Shown here piece after piece: positions 28,831 to 42,935 of a DNA stretch of 64,000 bases (positions within the stretch are counted from its first letter, which is position 1; each line of letters opens with the position of its first letter). Location of the stretch: contig OZ024743.1 of the NCBI GenBank assembly GCA_964016885.1, positions 108,500,001 through 108,564,000 on the forward strand, in the 5' to 3' direction. A program made the translations under genes and the position numbers. This stretch comes from Eledone cirrhosa (Eukaryota). The notes beneath the pieces were generated by a model. The model was not told the origin of the DNA and made no database searches. It worked only from the letters and a program-made list of their open reading frames with translations.

Positions 28831-29825
28831 TACAGAGAAATATTAAAAGTAATTCAGACATAGATTTATATTCCAATGTAAAAGAGAAATAAGACACAAT
28901 AATAGCTGCCATGGTTTCATTGCAGCAAAAGCTTCCCAGAATCACGTTGGAAACGCATGCATACAAATCATATGAAATGCCGCACATAATTATACACACA
29001 CAAGCGTGTATTTATGAATACTTTTACACCGGAAAACATACTCGAAGTACATACATTTCTAACGAAATATGCATAAGCTTAAATACACAGTTCCTTATTT
29101 AGCACATACATATTTACTACTTACAGGCACATACATATGTGAAGACTTACAAATCAGTAGGGGACACACAAAAAGGGAGAAGAAATAAGACGAAAAGTGT
29201 CAAACGGAGACATGAAAGAGCTCGAATGCCTATATAACAAAGTAACGGAAGCTAATAAAAACATGGAATATTGATTTTTTTCTAAAATCCAGGTCAATGT
29301 TTGTGAATGTGTGCTAGTTGATAATGAGTTTAGTTGACAGAAGTAAATTACTGGTGATTATTTTTTGCAAGTCCAAATGTAGAGATAAAAGAGAAACTAG
29401 GAAAATTTAAACATAAAATATAGATAAAGAAATTGTATACGAAACCAAAAGTCATTGTCGGTTGAATTTTTGATCGAACCATTGCAAAACTATTGCTCAA
29501 TGTCACACACACAAATAGACACAAACATACATTGATACATACACGGACGCACACAGTTATATATATGTTCGTATATATATCTATATACATATATACATAT
29601 ATGTGTGTGTGTATGTCTGTCTGTTTAGAAGAGAAACGACGGAAACGAAGAAATACCGAAAATATAAGAGGGATTTCGTAATGTATAATGTCTCAATAAC
29701 AGAGAGGCATGGGAAACGAAATATTTAGACAGATAGGGAGAGAGGCAAGAAGATAAACAGATCGTTGAGAGAGAAATAAAGAGATAGATAGATAGAGAGA
29801 GAGAGAGAAAGAGAGAGAGAGTGAG

Positions 29826-29893
<68 letters not shown>

Positions 29894-30162
29894 AGAGATA
29901 AATGTAATTTGTGTAAACGGTTCTTAAAACGAGATTTGTTCCGGGCATTAGCAAAAAAATATAGAACATGTCTATCTCTATCTTTCCTATATGGAATCCA
30001 TTTTGTTTGGTGTGAACGACTCTTCTAAGATGAATATTTAATGAGATTTGCTGAGCGCCTGATTAGATCTAGGTAATTATACATTTACACACTAACTAAT
30101 ATACAGTCATACATGAACACACAAACAGAAACACACACACACGCACACAAACACACGCACAC

Positions 30163-30205
<43 letters not shown>

Positions 30206-30518
30206 TATATATATATATGAGTATGTAAGCTAAGTTTACATATAACCATACATATATTCACACACATTTGCATGCATGCATCTATAAATGAAGGCATATA
30301 TACTCACATAAATTAACATAAAAAAAAGGCAAATAAAACGTTGCTGAAATTTACTTTATATTATGCACTGCAGAAGAAGCCACATTGAGAAAAATATATG
30401 AGATTGTTTTACTACTCCATAAAAATGGGCCTATTGCTATCCACGTCACTAGATGGATTAGATACATGCAGAAACGTTGCATAGCAGAATGTATTTCTAT
30501 GTAAGTGAACACACACAC

Positions 30519-30589
<71 letters not shown>

Positions 30590-30827
30590 TTAATATAGAA
30601 ATGGCTTCTAAAGGACGAAAATTGTTCATTCAGGAAAAAGTATCAGAAAATCCTGATGATTTGTTCTGAACGAAACGGTTCCAGTCCTGTATAACCCATT
30701 TCTATGTTAAATATTGAGTCGCTTTCTATTAAGCCCCAAATTGAAACATATATATATATATATATATATAAATTGAAAATATATATATATATATATAATT
30801 GGAGGCTCGGTAATATATTGGAGGCTT

Positions 30828-30864
<37 letters not shown>

Positions 30865-31034
30865 TCACACGTGCCCAGATCTATACAAATATACTGTATG
30901 TACGTTTGCGATCTATTAGTTGCCTTATTTTCTTTAGTTAGTTTTCTTCAAATACATTCTAATTATCTTTAATAGGGAATTATATGTAAATTGGTTATAC
31001 ATGGATTGGAGTTTATACGCAATTATTATTATTA

Positions 31035-31222
31035 TAATAATTGTTTCTACTTTTGGGACAAGGTCAGCAATAATACAGTGCATTACTGGTACTTTATTCT
31101 ATCGACCCCGGAAGGATGAAAGGCAAAGTCAATCTCGGCGGGATTTGAACTCAGATCGTAAAGGGACGTAACTTTGAAGGAAAGCATGGCGTCCGACCCG
31201 TTACCGATACTGCCAATCCACC
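31035..31222 (-). mobile_element. SINE family A copy
   Basis: rc homology. Confidence 0.9.
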
Positions 31223-31235
31223 ATTATTATAATAA

Positions 31236-31428
31236 TAATAATTGTTTCTAATTTTGGCACAAGGCCAGCAATTACCTAGTACATTACTGGTACTTTATTT
31301 TATCGATCCCTTAAGGATGAAAGGCAAAGTAAGGTAAACTCGGCGGGATTTGAACTCAGACCGTAAAGGGACGTAACTATGCTAGAAAGCATGGTGTCCA
31401 ACCCTCTACCGATATTGCCAATTGACCG
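31236..31428 (-). mobile_element. SINE family A copy
   Basis: rc homology. Confidence 0.9.
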
Positions 31429-31452
31429 CCTTTTATTATTATAATAATAATA

Positions 31453-31645
31453 GTGGTGGATTGGCAGTATCGGTAGCGGGTCGGACGCCATGCTTTCTAG
31501 CATAGTTACGTCCCTTTACGGTCTGAGTTCAAATCCCGCCGAGGTTAACTTTGCCTTTCATCCTTACGGGGTCGATAAAATAAAGTACCAGTAATGCACT
31601 GGGTAATTGCTGGCCTTGTGCCTAAAGGAGAAACAATTATTATTA
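31453..31645 (+). mobile_element. SINE family A copy (close to consensus)
   Basis: Homology; divergently oriented to the previous copy. Confidence 0.9.
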
Positions 31646-32115
31646 TAAGTAGTAGTAGTAGTAGTAGTAGCGTTTTTACATGTTTCTTGTTTATCTTTCA
31701 GATGTTCTATATATAACATGTTTTTCAGTGTGTATTGTTGTTTCTCATGTTGGAAATATGGTGCCTAGTTTGATAATGATGATAATACTCTTCGTGATGC
31801 TGATGAAGATAATGATGATTGGTAGCACAATGAATGAGATGATAATGGAGCGGTGGATTCCAGAATTAACCTATATTCACACATTGCATATGAGACTATC
31901 AGATAATTCAGATATTTAGCCTAAATGTTTGAAGAAAAAGAACATATTCATATATACATACATATATTCATACGTACATAAATACATAGATACATACACA
32001 CACACATACATACATACATACATACATACATACATACTTGCCTATATACATACATACAAACAAACAAACATTCATACATGCAATCATGTTATATTTATAA
32101 ATATATATATATATA

Positions 32116-32194
32116 AAGAGTGTCACCAAAAATGTATACATACTTCAACACCATTCTAATCAAACCGTGCATACACTTTTTGGTGGACACCCTG
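32116..32194. mobile_element. Tiny Tc1/mariner-type MITE
   Basis: Imperfect ~27-bp TIRs (CAGGGTGTCCACCAAAAAGTGTATGCA) flanked by TA. Confidence 0.6.
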
Positions 32195-32200
32195 TATGTG

Positions 32201-32241
<41 letters not shown>

Positions 32242-32887
32242 TAAAATAACAGATTCAAGTTTAAGCAAAGAATCGCTGCTTTCACCGTTAACAGGATCTT
32301 CTGAAACTAACAAAGTCAATCTGTAAACGCAGATGTCGATATTTTAAAAAAAGATGCAACCGGAGGAAGACAGGAAGACGATACGTTGGTCCGTGGAAAC
32401 TTCCCCTGGCAAAGAACGGGGAAAAAATTAATATAATACGTCATTAATAGGAGCGGTGAAATACAATTACACGCATAGACAGAACCACGTTTATAGTATA
32501 AATGAAGTCGTAGACTAATGTTCTCCTAGGTGGTTCATAGAGACGTTCTCTGGCAATGAACGGAAAAAAAACGAAGATAATGCATCATATGTGGAGCGTA
32601 GAGAACAATTGCACGCAAAGACAAAACCGCGTAAATGGTATAGCTGAAGTCGTAGACTAAAATTCTAACTAGGAAACCGAATGATTCTCCGCTTCAGAGT
32701 TAAGAATAAATAAATAAAATACAATACAGAGGTAATTGATATTAAATAAAATACATACACGCATCCAAATACTTACATACACAAGCATACGCGAAAATAC
32801 TCGCCATAGGTATACAAAACCACGCACATATAAATATGTGTGTGTGTGCGTGTATACGAATAAATTAGTAATTAAATAAATAAATAC

Positions 32888-33270
32888 GTATCTGTAATTG
32901 TAGGAATCGGGTTGATTGCCCCCTATCCGGGAAATGCCTCTCTAGTAACATTGTCTACACATGTAAGGTTGAAACTCCCACGTCCCGTAGGGCCTACATA
33001 GGGTTAACCGCCAATAGATTCAAGCAGCGTCTTTACATGCATACGTCACTTTCGGCTTATATCTGGAGTCTAAAAGACACCACACCCAATATAAGTTACA
33101 CTGGGAGATCCTAGCTAGGGCTAGATCGTATAACGGAAATAAAAGACCATGTGACCTCTGCGCCGCTGAGGCCCTGGAAATACTCTACGCCACAGACCAC
33201 ATCTTAAACAAAAAATCTGAGGCAATTTCGGCTTGTAAACATAAATTGCACAAAACTTTCCTGTATTACA
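32888..33270 (+). pseudogene. PLE GIY-YIG endonuclease remnant
   Basis: CNCRNRVDCPLSGKCLSSNIVYTCKVETPTSRRAYIGLTANRFKQRLYMH..YIWSLK..PCDLCAAEALEI..LNKKSEAISACKH. Confidence 0.9.
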
Positions 33271-33703
33271 GCCTCACGTTATACCCTAACGGATAGTACG
33301 ATCTATACGTGGATATTTTACGTCTTGATGTGGTAGCTAAGTATATGTTATGTTTATACCATTACTTATTTGCATAGGGAAGTATATATTACCTGTATGT
33401 TTTGTGAAGGTACGTATACATTCTCGTACGTATATTTGATTGTATATGTTATGGCGTATATTTTTTATATATTCTAGTACATATGCTTTTGGTTATAAGT
33501 ATACGGGAGTTTTGCGTCTGTGTAAGTATGAGGGTTCGTACGTATGTTGGGTGTGAGTATATGTGTACTTCATGTTTTGGTTGACGTACGTCTCCGAACA
33601 TTTGTGTATATACATGTAGGTATGTGTGTGCGATTGTTATATACGTATTTATTTATTTATATACGTTTATTTAATTACTTATTTATTCGTATACACGCAC
33701 ACA

Positions 33704-33740
<37 letters not shown>

Positions 33741-34256
33741 TTATATGTGCGTGGTTTTGTATACCTATGGCGAGTGTTTTCACGTATGCATGTGTATGTA
33801 CGTATTTGGCTGCGTGTATGTATTTATTTAATATCAATTACCTCTGTATTGTATTTTATTTACTTATTCTTAACTCTGAAGCGGAGAATCATTCGGTTTC
33901 CTAGTTAGAATTTTAGTCTACGACTTCAGCTATACCATTTACGTGGTTTTGTCTTTGCGTGCAATTGTTCTCCATATATGACGTATTATCCTCGTTTTTT
34001 TCCGTTCATTGCCAGAGAACGTCTCTATAAAACACCTAAGAGAACATTAGTCTACGACTTCTTTTATACCATAAGCGTGGTTCTGTCTTTGCGTGTAATT
34101 GTTTTTCACCGCTGCTATTAATGACGTATTATATTCGTTTTTTCCCCGTTCTTTGCCAGGGAACGTTTCCACGAACCAAAGTATCGGCTTCCTGTCTTCC
34201 TCCGGTTGCATGGTTTTTTGAAATATCAACTTCTGCGTTTACAGATTGACTTTGTT

Positions 34257-34307
34257 AGTTTCAGAAGATCCCGTTAAGGGTGAAAGCAGCGATTATTTGC
34301 TTAAACT
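34257..34307 (+). ncRNA. Hammerhead-like motif with non-canonical CAGAAGA core (P5); mirror copy at 32258-32308 (-)
   Basis: agttt CAGAAGA tccc gttaa gggt GAAAgca..tgcTT aaact; all three stems can form. Confidence 0.55.
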
Positions 34308-34416
34308 TTAATCTGTTATTTTAATAAATATTTGCTCTATGGTTCTTATATATTTGATATATATTTATCCTAATCGCGCCCTCTTTGGATTTTGACTTCA
34401 AATTTATTATTATTAC

Positions 34417-34473
<57 letters not shown>

Positions 34474-34506
34474 ATAAATGGAAAACTATATTTATAAAAC
34501 CATATT

Positions 34507-34572
34507 TATTTCATTATATATATTTCGGGGATATCATATTAACAATAAGCTATGCCTTCATCAGACAAAATA
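34507..34572 (-). ncRNA. Type I hammerhead motif (P1)
   Basis: Mirror of 34679-34744. Confidence 0.75.
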
Positions 34573-34678
34573 CAATATAAACAGTTTTATAGATAAATAT
34601 ATTCAACATACCGTAATAAACATCTTTATAATTATTACGGTATGTTGAATATATTTATCTATAAAACTGTTTATATTG

Positions 34679-34744
34679 TATTTTGTCTGATGAAGGCATA
34701 GCATATTGTTAATATGATATCCCCGAAATATATATAATGAAATA
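34679..34744 (+). ncRNA. Type I hammerhead motif (P1)
   Basis: tattttgt CTGATGA aggcata..tatcccc GAAA tatata TA atgaaata. Confidence 0.75.
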
Positions 34745-34872
34745 AATATGGTTTTATAAATATAGTTTTCCATTTATTTAATATTGTAAATATACTCCAA
34801 ATATTTGTCGAGTGCTTTTATATCAGTTATAAATATTTACTAGTTGTAACCCAACAATTTTAAATATAACTT

Positions 34873-34944
<72 letters not shown>

Positions 34945-34967
34945 TATATAGTAATAATAATATTTTA

Positions 34968-35017
<50 letters not shown>

Positions 35018-35117
35018 ATAATATATATATATATATATATATATATCCGCGAGTAAATACATATCTAAATATAACATAAATGCACGTGAATATATATATA
35101 GATATATATATAAATAA

Positions 35118-35209
35118 CTATTTCTACTTTTGCCACAAGGGCAGCAATTACTCCAGTGTATTACTGGTACTTCATGTTATCGACCCCGTAAGGATGAAAG
35201 GCAAAGTTA
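35118..35209 (-). mobile_element. Partial SINE A
   Basis: rc homology to the 3' half. Confidence 0.75.
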
Positions 35210-35410
35210 TATAAATAACGAAGGAGTTGTGGTAAGGAACCAGATGGACCATAACTCACCAGATTACTCAATACTTAGGGTTGTAGAGTGGGTAATAGGA
35301 AACTGTACGACCCCGACAGCAGAGCTCCAGCCGTTTCGACGTCTATTTCCGGATCAGAAATAGCCGTCGAAACGGCTTGAGCTCTGCCGTCGAGGTCATA
35401 CATTTTCCTG
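35210..35410. mobile_element. Short fold-back insertion, family P6 (tail on the left)
   Basis: Homologous to 38409-38575 and 56672-56883; hairpin centred ~35353. Confidence 0.8.
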
Positions 35411-35449
<39 letters not shown>

Positions 35450-36058
35450 TGGTAGAGCGGGAGAGATAGAGAGAGAATGAAAGAGTGAGATAGTGATATA
35501 GAGGGAGAGAGTGAGAGGGAGGGAGAGAAGGAGAGAGATAGATAGATAGAGAGAGATGCAAGAAGATTTATGCGCGAGTATGTTTCTAGTTGTATCTACT
35601 CGGGTATTTATTGGCTTCGTTATGGCTTCGCTACTTTCCTTTTAGACTTGTTGGTTTGTTAACTGAGTAAAGTTTTTTTTTTCTATAAATTGCTGATGAT
35701 TGCATGTTTTCAGCTTAGTCGGTGCATTGCGGGTTCTGATAAAGGAACTTAGGTTTAGAATCGGATTGAGCCTGCGTACATTGACTGTTTTGTAAATGGC
35801 AAATGGTTTCGCACTAGATATGAGTTATATTATGGGATATATAGAAACATATAATACGACATGCAGTTGGATGAAGACACACACATTGCCACCCACTTGA
35901 CAATCATTCCCGCTATCCTGTGAAACATACAAGCAGTAAAACATATAGGACTACAGCAGCATTGAGTTGGTACTTAAAAAGATAGTAAGGCAAATTGGTC
36001 TACGGTGGAATTTGAACTCTAAATGCAGAGTCAAGGAACAAATATCCAACACTGCAAT

Positions 36059-36141
<83 letters not shown>

Positions 36142-36233
36142 GCTCTATCTTTCACTCTCTACACTCTTCCACCCCCCTCTCTCACTCTTTTACAGAAACA
36201 CACATACACATGTGTGAGTATGTATGTGTTTGC

Positions 36234-36273
<40 letters not shown>

Positions 36274-36706
36274 ATAAAAAATGTTATCCGTGTTATGTTG
36301 TCCATTTACTGAAATAGCCCGAGCCTTTCTTAACTATTGTTGTATATATGTGTGGTGTGAGGTTTATCCATCAATACATCAGAAAACACTTTAGAGGTGC
36401 AACCGTAATTGGATTAGTGGACGTAACTGAAGTGGCAATTTTCTTCAAACAACGAAACTACACAAGACTTGTGGATACGCTTCGACCTAGAAATCTTAAC
36501 CAACCAAACAATCAAACAATCTCCTTTAAAAACATATATTTGTTTTGTGTTCTTATTATTTACAGTTTTGTTTTTCTTTGTCTTTCCTCTACCTCCTCTT
36601 CCTCCTTCTTCTTTTCTGCATTCTCTCTCTTTCTCGGAAATATTGATAGGAAAAGAGAATAAGAGATGTAAATAGAAATAGAAGGAAAACACAGGACAAG
36701 AGAACG

Positions 36707-36751
<45 letters not shown>

Positions 36752-37577
36752 TATATAGAGAGAGAGAGGCGTAGATAGATAAAGAAAGGAAGTGAAGAGA
36801 GCGTGTGGGAAAAAAGCGTAAAAGGTGAGTGTGTGTGTGTGTCAGGGGTGTGTGAGAGGCATTGGTAATGAATGAAAGTGAACATGCATGTGAGAAAGAT
36901 AGAGCAATAATGTTAGTGTATGTGTAAATATGAGCATGTTTGAGAGAAAGAGTATATGTGAGAGTGAGAGAGAGAAAGAAAGAGAGAGTGTGACGGAGTG
37001 TGTGAGAATCAATATTTTACTAAAAAAAAAATTACTCCTACGTTTTGTATCTGTTTTTCTCCTCTGTCTCTCTCTTCTTCCCTGACCTTCTCTTGCTGTC
37101 TCTCTCTCTACCTGTCTCTCTCCTTCAATCTCTGACTCTCTCTCACTTTTTTTCTTTGTAGTCGCCCCCCCCCCCCCTCCCGGCCGCCTCTCACTTTGTC
37201 CATCTCATTTTCACTATATCCCTCCATCCACCCCTCCGTATCTCTTTATGCCAGAATATATTGATGGAAAGACAGAACTATAAATAGACACAGAAACAGA
37301 TTGAGCGAGGAAGCGAATGGAAATAGATGAGGGGAATCTGGTTACAGTAGGAAAGACAGTGCGAGTATGGGAATATAAAGTGAAGTAATCCTATATTCTC
37401 TAATTCTTGAGAATACATTCACACACAATCGCAATTTCTTCTCCCCAGTTCTTGTTTAGTTCTGGTTTTTCTCGATTTTTAGTTCTTATAATTCAGTACA
37501 TGCTTTGTGTGGTGTAGTACTTGTGTGTTATGTTCTGTAATGTATTTTGTGGCGTAGTGTGCTGTGTAGTATAAGTA

Positions 37578-37748
37578 TAATTGTTTCTACTATTGGCACA
37601 AGACCAGCAATTATTCAGTACATTACTGGTACTTTATTTTATCGACCCGGTAAGGATGAAAGGTAAAGTTAACCTCGACGGGATTTGAACTCAGACCGTA
37701 AAGGGACGTAACTATGCTGGAAAGCATGGCGTCCGACCCTCTACCGAT
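37578..37748 (-). mobile_element. SINE A copy inside a degenerate GTGTTGTGTGGTGTA-type repeat
   Basis: rc homology; AAGTATAAT occurs on both sides (possible target-site duplication). Confidence 0.88.
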
Positions 37749-38258
37749 AAGTATAATGTGGTATGTTATGTGTTGTAGCTGTGTTTTGTGGTATATCATG
37801 TGGTAGAGGTGTTGTGTGATGCTGAGTAGCTGTCTGTCAAGTTAAGGGAGAGAGTTGCAGCTGTAGTTGTGTTGTGCGATGTGATGTAGCTGTGTTGTGC
37901 CGTGTTGTGTGGTGTACTGTGTCACTGTGTAGAAGGGTGAGTGATGTGTAGCTGTTTTGTGGTGTAATGAAGCTGTGTTGTGTAACTGTAGTTGGTGGTG
38001 TAAAATCTACCTATAGTTGTGTCGTGTGTTGAGTGGTGTAAACAGTAGTAGTAGTTGTGCTGTAGAGTGTGGTGTGGTGTGGGGTGTAGTGCGGTATAGG
38101 TGTCTGTCAGTGATAAGGGAGAACGTTTTCAATTCAAATACCAAGATGTTCGCACCTGCTTCAATAAAGGTTGAGTAGTCAAAAATTATAATCAGATATT
38201 TTAATATCAGCACACACCTTAAAATGATAAGCGAAGGCAGCCAGCTATGATATGTATA

Positions 38259-38289
<31 letters not shown>

Positions 38290-38408
38290 GTTTTATATAT
38301 ATATATATGTTTTATATACACGGATATTCAAACTTTCATACACATGCACAAACAAATACCTCTGCATTTATAAACCTATATATATATATATTTATATATA
38401 TATATATA

Positions 38409-38575
38409 TAGGAACGAGTAGGACCCCGACGGATGAGCTCAAGCCGTTTCATCGAAACGGCTTGAGCTCAGCCGTCGGGGTCCTACTCGTTCCTATTACC
38501 CACTCTACTACCCTAAGTATTGAGTACTTTGGTGCGTTATGGTCCACCTGGTTCCTTACCACATTACGTTCGTTA
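38409..38575. mobile_element. Short fold-back insertion, family P6
   Basis: 42-bp arms plus ~80-bp tail; (TA)n flanks; GAAACGGCT-TGAGCTC-AGCCGTC hammerhead 3' half. Confidence 0.82.
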
Positions 38576-40108
38576 TATATATATATATATAATTATATAT
38601 ATAATCCAAGGGCGGTGCCCCAGCATGGGCTCAGCCGGATGGCTGAAACAGGTAAAAGAGTAATCAAGATTTAGCAAATAAGAAAAAGTTTTTAAATAAA
38701 TTTTACATAATTCACTGTACCTGCTATATATATATATATAATCACAACACACCTATTTAGGATATGCAGGTGTGTTTCCCATATATGACATCGAGACGAG
38801 AACGAATGAGGGGAGGGGATGATAGACATAGAGAGAAAAAGAAACTGTTATAAGTATTAGAAGATGGGGAAGGGAAACTGAGAGATGATAACGTTAGTGG
38901 TAGCAGAAAGAAAGTATGTATATTTAAGCGAGTCAATGTATATATGTAAGCATTTACATGTATATATGTAAGCGTATCCCTGTGTATCTATGGATAATTT
39001 CAATCAGAATATGTGTTAATATTCTAGATAATGCACCAGATAATGTACGATAAACGGAAATATGACGGGATGGTCTCGGATAGAATACTTTCGATCTTAG
39101 TTCTACTCGTTCGCGGTCGAAGTAATGCACTAGTAAATACACCATGCTTGAACATATGACGTGATGGTGACGGTCGGAACATTTTGATAAATGTTCTACT
39201 TTATCAGATTGTATATAATAGAACAGATACTGCCCTGTGCGTGAAAAAGTGGCGGGGTTGTCAGGGCTGGAATATTATTTATAATGACTCTCCTCGATCA
39301 GAATATATCTCGAAGTCAAGGTAAACGACTGCAAGAATTCGAAATTTGTTTATAGTCTATGTCGATAGGAAATCAGTTATATAAAGCCGTTTTCCATTCA
39401 TAGCTTTACATACATTTGGTTTACCTCTGTCATACTAAAGTTCCCTTGCCTCTTAGTGTTGACAAAGTGATGCCGGCCTGACGCTCAGTATATGTGGAGC
39501 ATTTTAAGCTCCATGGACCCTAACCCTATCCAGGGCCTAACTCTGCAGATTTCTTCTAGAGAGTGAGGCAGAGATACTTGTGGTTGGGGTAAAGTGAGAT
39601 GGAGAAAGAAATGACACAATTACTATACTGATATTTTATTTATCAATGTTGGAACAAATAAATGCAAAGTCGACCTCGGAGTGCAGTGAAAAGCTAACTT
39701 TTTCGCCTTACGTCATTTTAATTTTATTACGGACGCAAACATCACGAAGCTGTTAAGTGTTTCACTCCCATTCTTGTGATACTAGGTTCAATCCATCTGC
39801 CTGGTATATTGAGAATTACTTTACAGAAGCAGGGGTCAGATCCAAGCCTTATAAACAAAATTGGGTTGACGGAAACTGTGTGAAAGCTCATCAGGTTGAT
39901 TGAACCATTAGTTCAATGGTCCAGCATTGTTTCACGGATTCTATCAGACTATGTCTCAAAAATACATTATGAGTACACACATTTGTGCAAAACTCAACCA
40001 TTTTACACGTTAATTCTTGAGATAGAAGCTTATTTTTTGTTTAACAACTGCATTTCCATTGTCGAAACATCAAACTGAAGACTTGTATTCGTCACCACGA
40101 GATAATCC

Positions 40109-40155
<47 letters not shown>

Positions 40156-40787
40156 ATCTACAAAACTACCATTGAATAGACAAATCAATGTATTGCTCCC
40201 CGAAACGATTGTAAAATAATTGATTAATTACAAACTCATTTTTATTTTTATTTCATCAAATATATATTTATGTTTATATATATATGTGTGTGTGTCTGTG
40301 TATGCGTGCGTGCATGCGCGTGTGTGTATGTATGTCTGTGAGTCTGGATGTATGTATATAACTTATAAACGTGTCGTTAAGCTATGTAGCAAACCATTTA
40401 AAGGTCAACAGTATGGATGTATTTTTCGCCGTCATCACCAACACACGTATATTTCTTATGTATAAGACAATAAATCTTTCAAAATGTTAACTACGGTACC
40501 TAAAATATAAACATAGATTCCAGTGTCGGTGTGACAAAATAACTTGAAGACTCTAGCTGTGGCAACAGAACATTGACGAGTGCTTATGACATTAGCTATC
40601 GGATTCAAATTCACTATTTTGTTTCTCCTATTTTTGCGGATATTGTAAGTACCACCCCAAAAGCATACTATGCAATCGCCACTACGTCAAGTCTTCCTCC
40701 CCAGAAAGTTGACATTCTAGAGTTCCTTCCTTACACATGTAACAGGTTAACGGTGTTCCTTCTTCTATACAGAACCAGAAATAATAA

Positions 40788-41000
40788 TATTTGTTTCTGA
40801 TTCAGGCACAAGATCAACAATTTTGGGGAGGAGGGGAAAGTCGATTAAATCAATCCCAGTGTGTTACTGGTACTTTATTTTATCGACCCCGTAAGGCTGA
40901 AAGGCAATGCTAACCTCGACGAGATTTGAATTCAGAACGTAAAAGGATGTGACTCTATGCTACACATGTTGTCGGGCACACTACCGATACTACCAATCTA
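40788..41000 (-). mobile_element. SINE family A copy (long 3' variant)
   Basis: rc homology. Confidence 0.85.
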
Positions 41001-41746
41001 TCAGCTTAATAATGATAATAATTGTAATAATATTCGTTATTATTATTTTTTTAATTGTCACAAACATTACAAATGAAGGAGTCAATGCAAACACAAGTTA
41101 CAACATGAAAGCGGGCATTTACAAAGAAATGACAAAAATTAGGTACCAGAGTATACAGATTGAGTATATAAATTATGATGTATTATAACCATTATGTGTG
41201 CGTGCGTATCCAACAACCTATTAACAAATCTACCAACTAAGCTACAAATGCAATGATACATGGAGCTGGATCGTGTACCGTTCACTCTCACGTTAATTGC
41301 TAATAAGTTAAATGCATTAGTGACAACATCCAAAAGAATGTGAATATTCAATAAACACACAACAGCTGAATTTCTATAGATTGTTCTGCATTTCTGCGCA
41401 TTTCTGTGCATTTCTATGCATTTATTTTGAACACAAGTATTCTTGCGTGCGTCAAGATGCTGGGATTCGCACAACAATAAATGCAATAGTTTCCTTCGTT
41501 GATCAACTATCGTCCTCCTAAATACTTCCAAATAGGTAGCTAAGTTTGATTTAAAGATTTCGGAAATGCATTAAGGTCACAACATTAATACACAATAAAA
41601 ACTGAAGCTTCATTATCTAGATTTTCAATCTATTTATATTTTTATCTAGTGTATATTTGAAATATTTTTCTTCTCTCTTATTCTGTATTTACCTTTGTAT
41701 GTATTACTCTCTTTCCCCCCTCTTTATGCACGTTTATCACCCCCAG

Positions 41747-41825
<79 letters not shown>

Positions 41826-41897
41826 ACTCTCTCCAACCTACTTCTTTTTTAATATTTCTTACTCGCACTTTATACATGTATCTTTATATGCATATAT

Positions 41898-41986
<89 letters not shown>

Positions 41987-41996
41987 ATATATATAT

Positions 41997-42058
<62 letters not shown>

Positions 42059-42250
42059 GACGTTTGTACGTGTGTGTGTATGTGTGTGAACAGTTCATTT
42101 GCTTTGGTATATATACATTTAGTTTTCAGTTCATTCGACGAGGCGAACAAACATAAATTCTTCCCTACACATGCATGCATATGAAACAGACAACGTGTGT
42201 TCTTACACACACAAACATACTCTCTCACACACACACGTATATATAAATAA

Positions 42251-42351
<101 letters not shown>

Positions 42352-42693
42352 CGTATATACGTACATATGTGTATGTATAAATTAAATATGTATGTGTGTG
42401 TATGTATGTATAAATGTATGTATTATGTATCTGTCTATGTATTTATGTAAATATAGGAAACATCTTGAGGCAATCATATTACTGTGGCGCTCCCTTAGAT
42501 ATATTCCAATAATTATTATCCCCATCTATGAAACAGTCTTTACTATTTGGCTCGCTGCCATGTCTAGTTAGTCTTGTACGATTACCGCAAATCTCTATAT
42601 AGACTTAACATTCTATTTTTAATATAATATAGATATACACACACATGTATGTGTGTGTGAGGTCTTTGTTAGACACATGTATGTGTGTTTGTT

Positions 42694-42737
<44 letters not shown>

Positions 42738-42814
42738 AGCACACACATACGAATACATATACACATACACACACAGATATATATAGATATATATATATAT
42801 ATACACACACAGAT

Positions 42815-42935
<121 letters not shown>

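Larger units (their letters stand above)
32236..34418 (+). mobile_element. Penelope-like element with inverted arms (family P5)
   Basis: Inverted repeat ~32236-32888 vs ~33640-34330; GIY-YIG remnant in the middle; tail 34331-34418; (TA)n on both flanks. Confidence 0.9.
34466..34878. mobile_element. Non-coding P1 fold-back (arms ~34466-34619 and ~34632-34785; tail to ~34878)
   Basis: Near-perfect palindrome homologous to 14991-15458; (TA)n on both sides. Confidence 0.9.
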
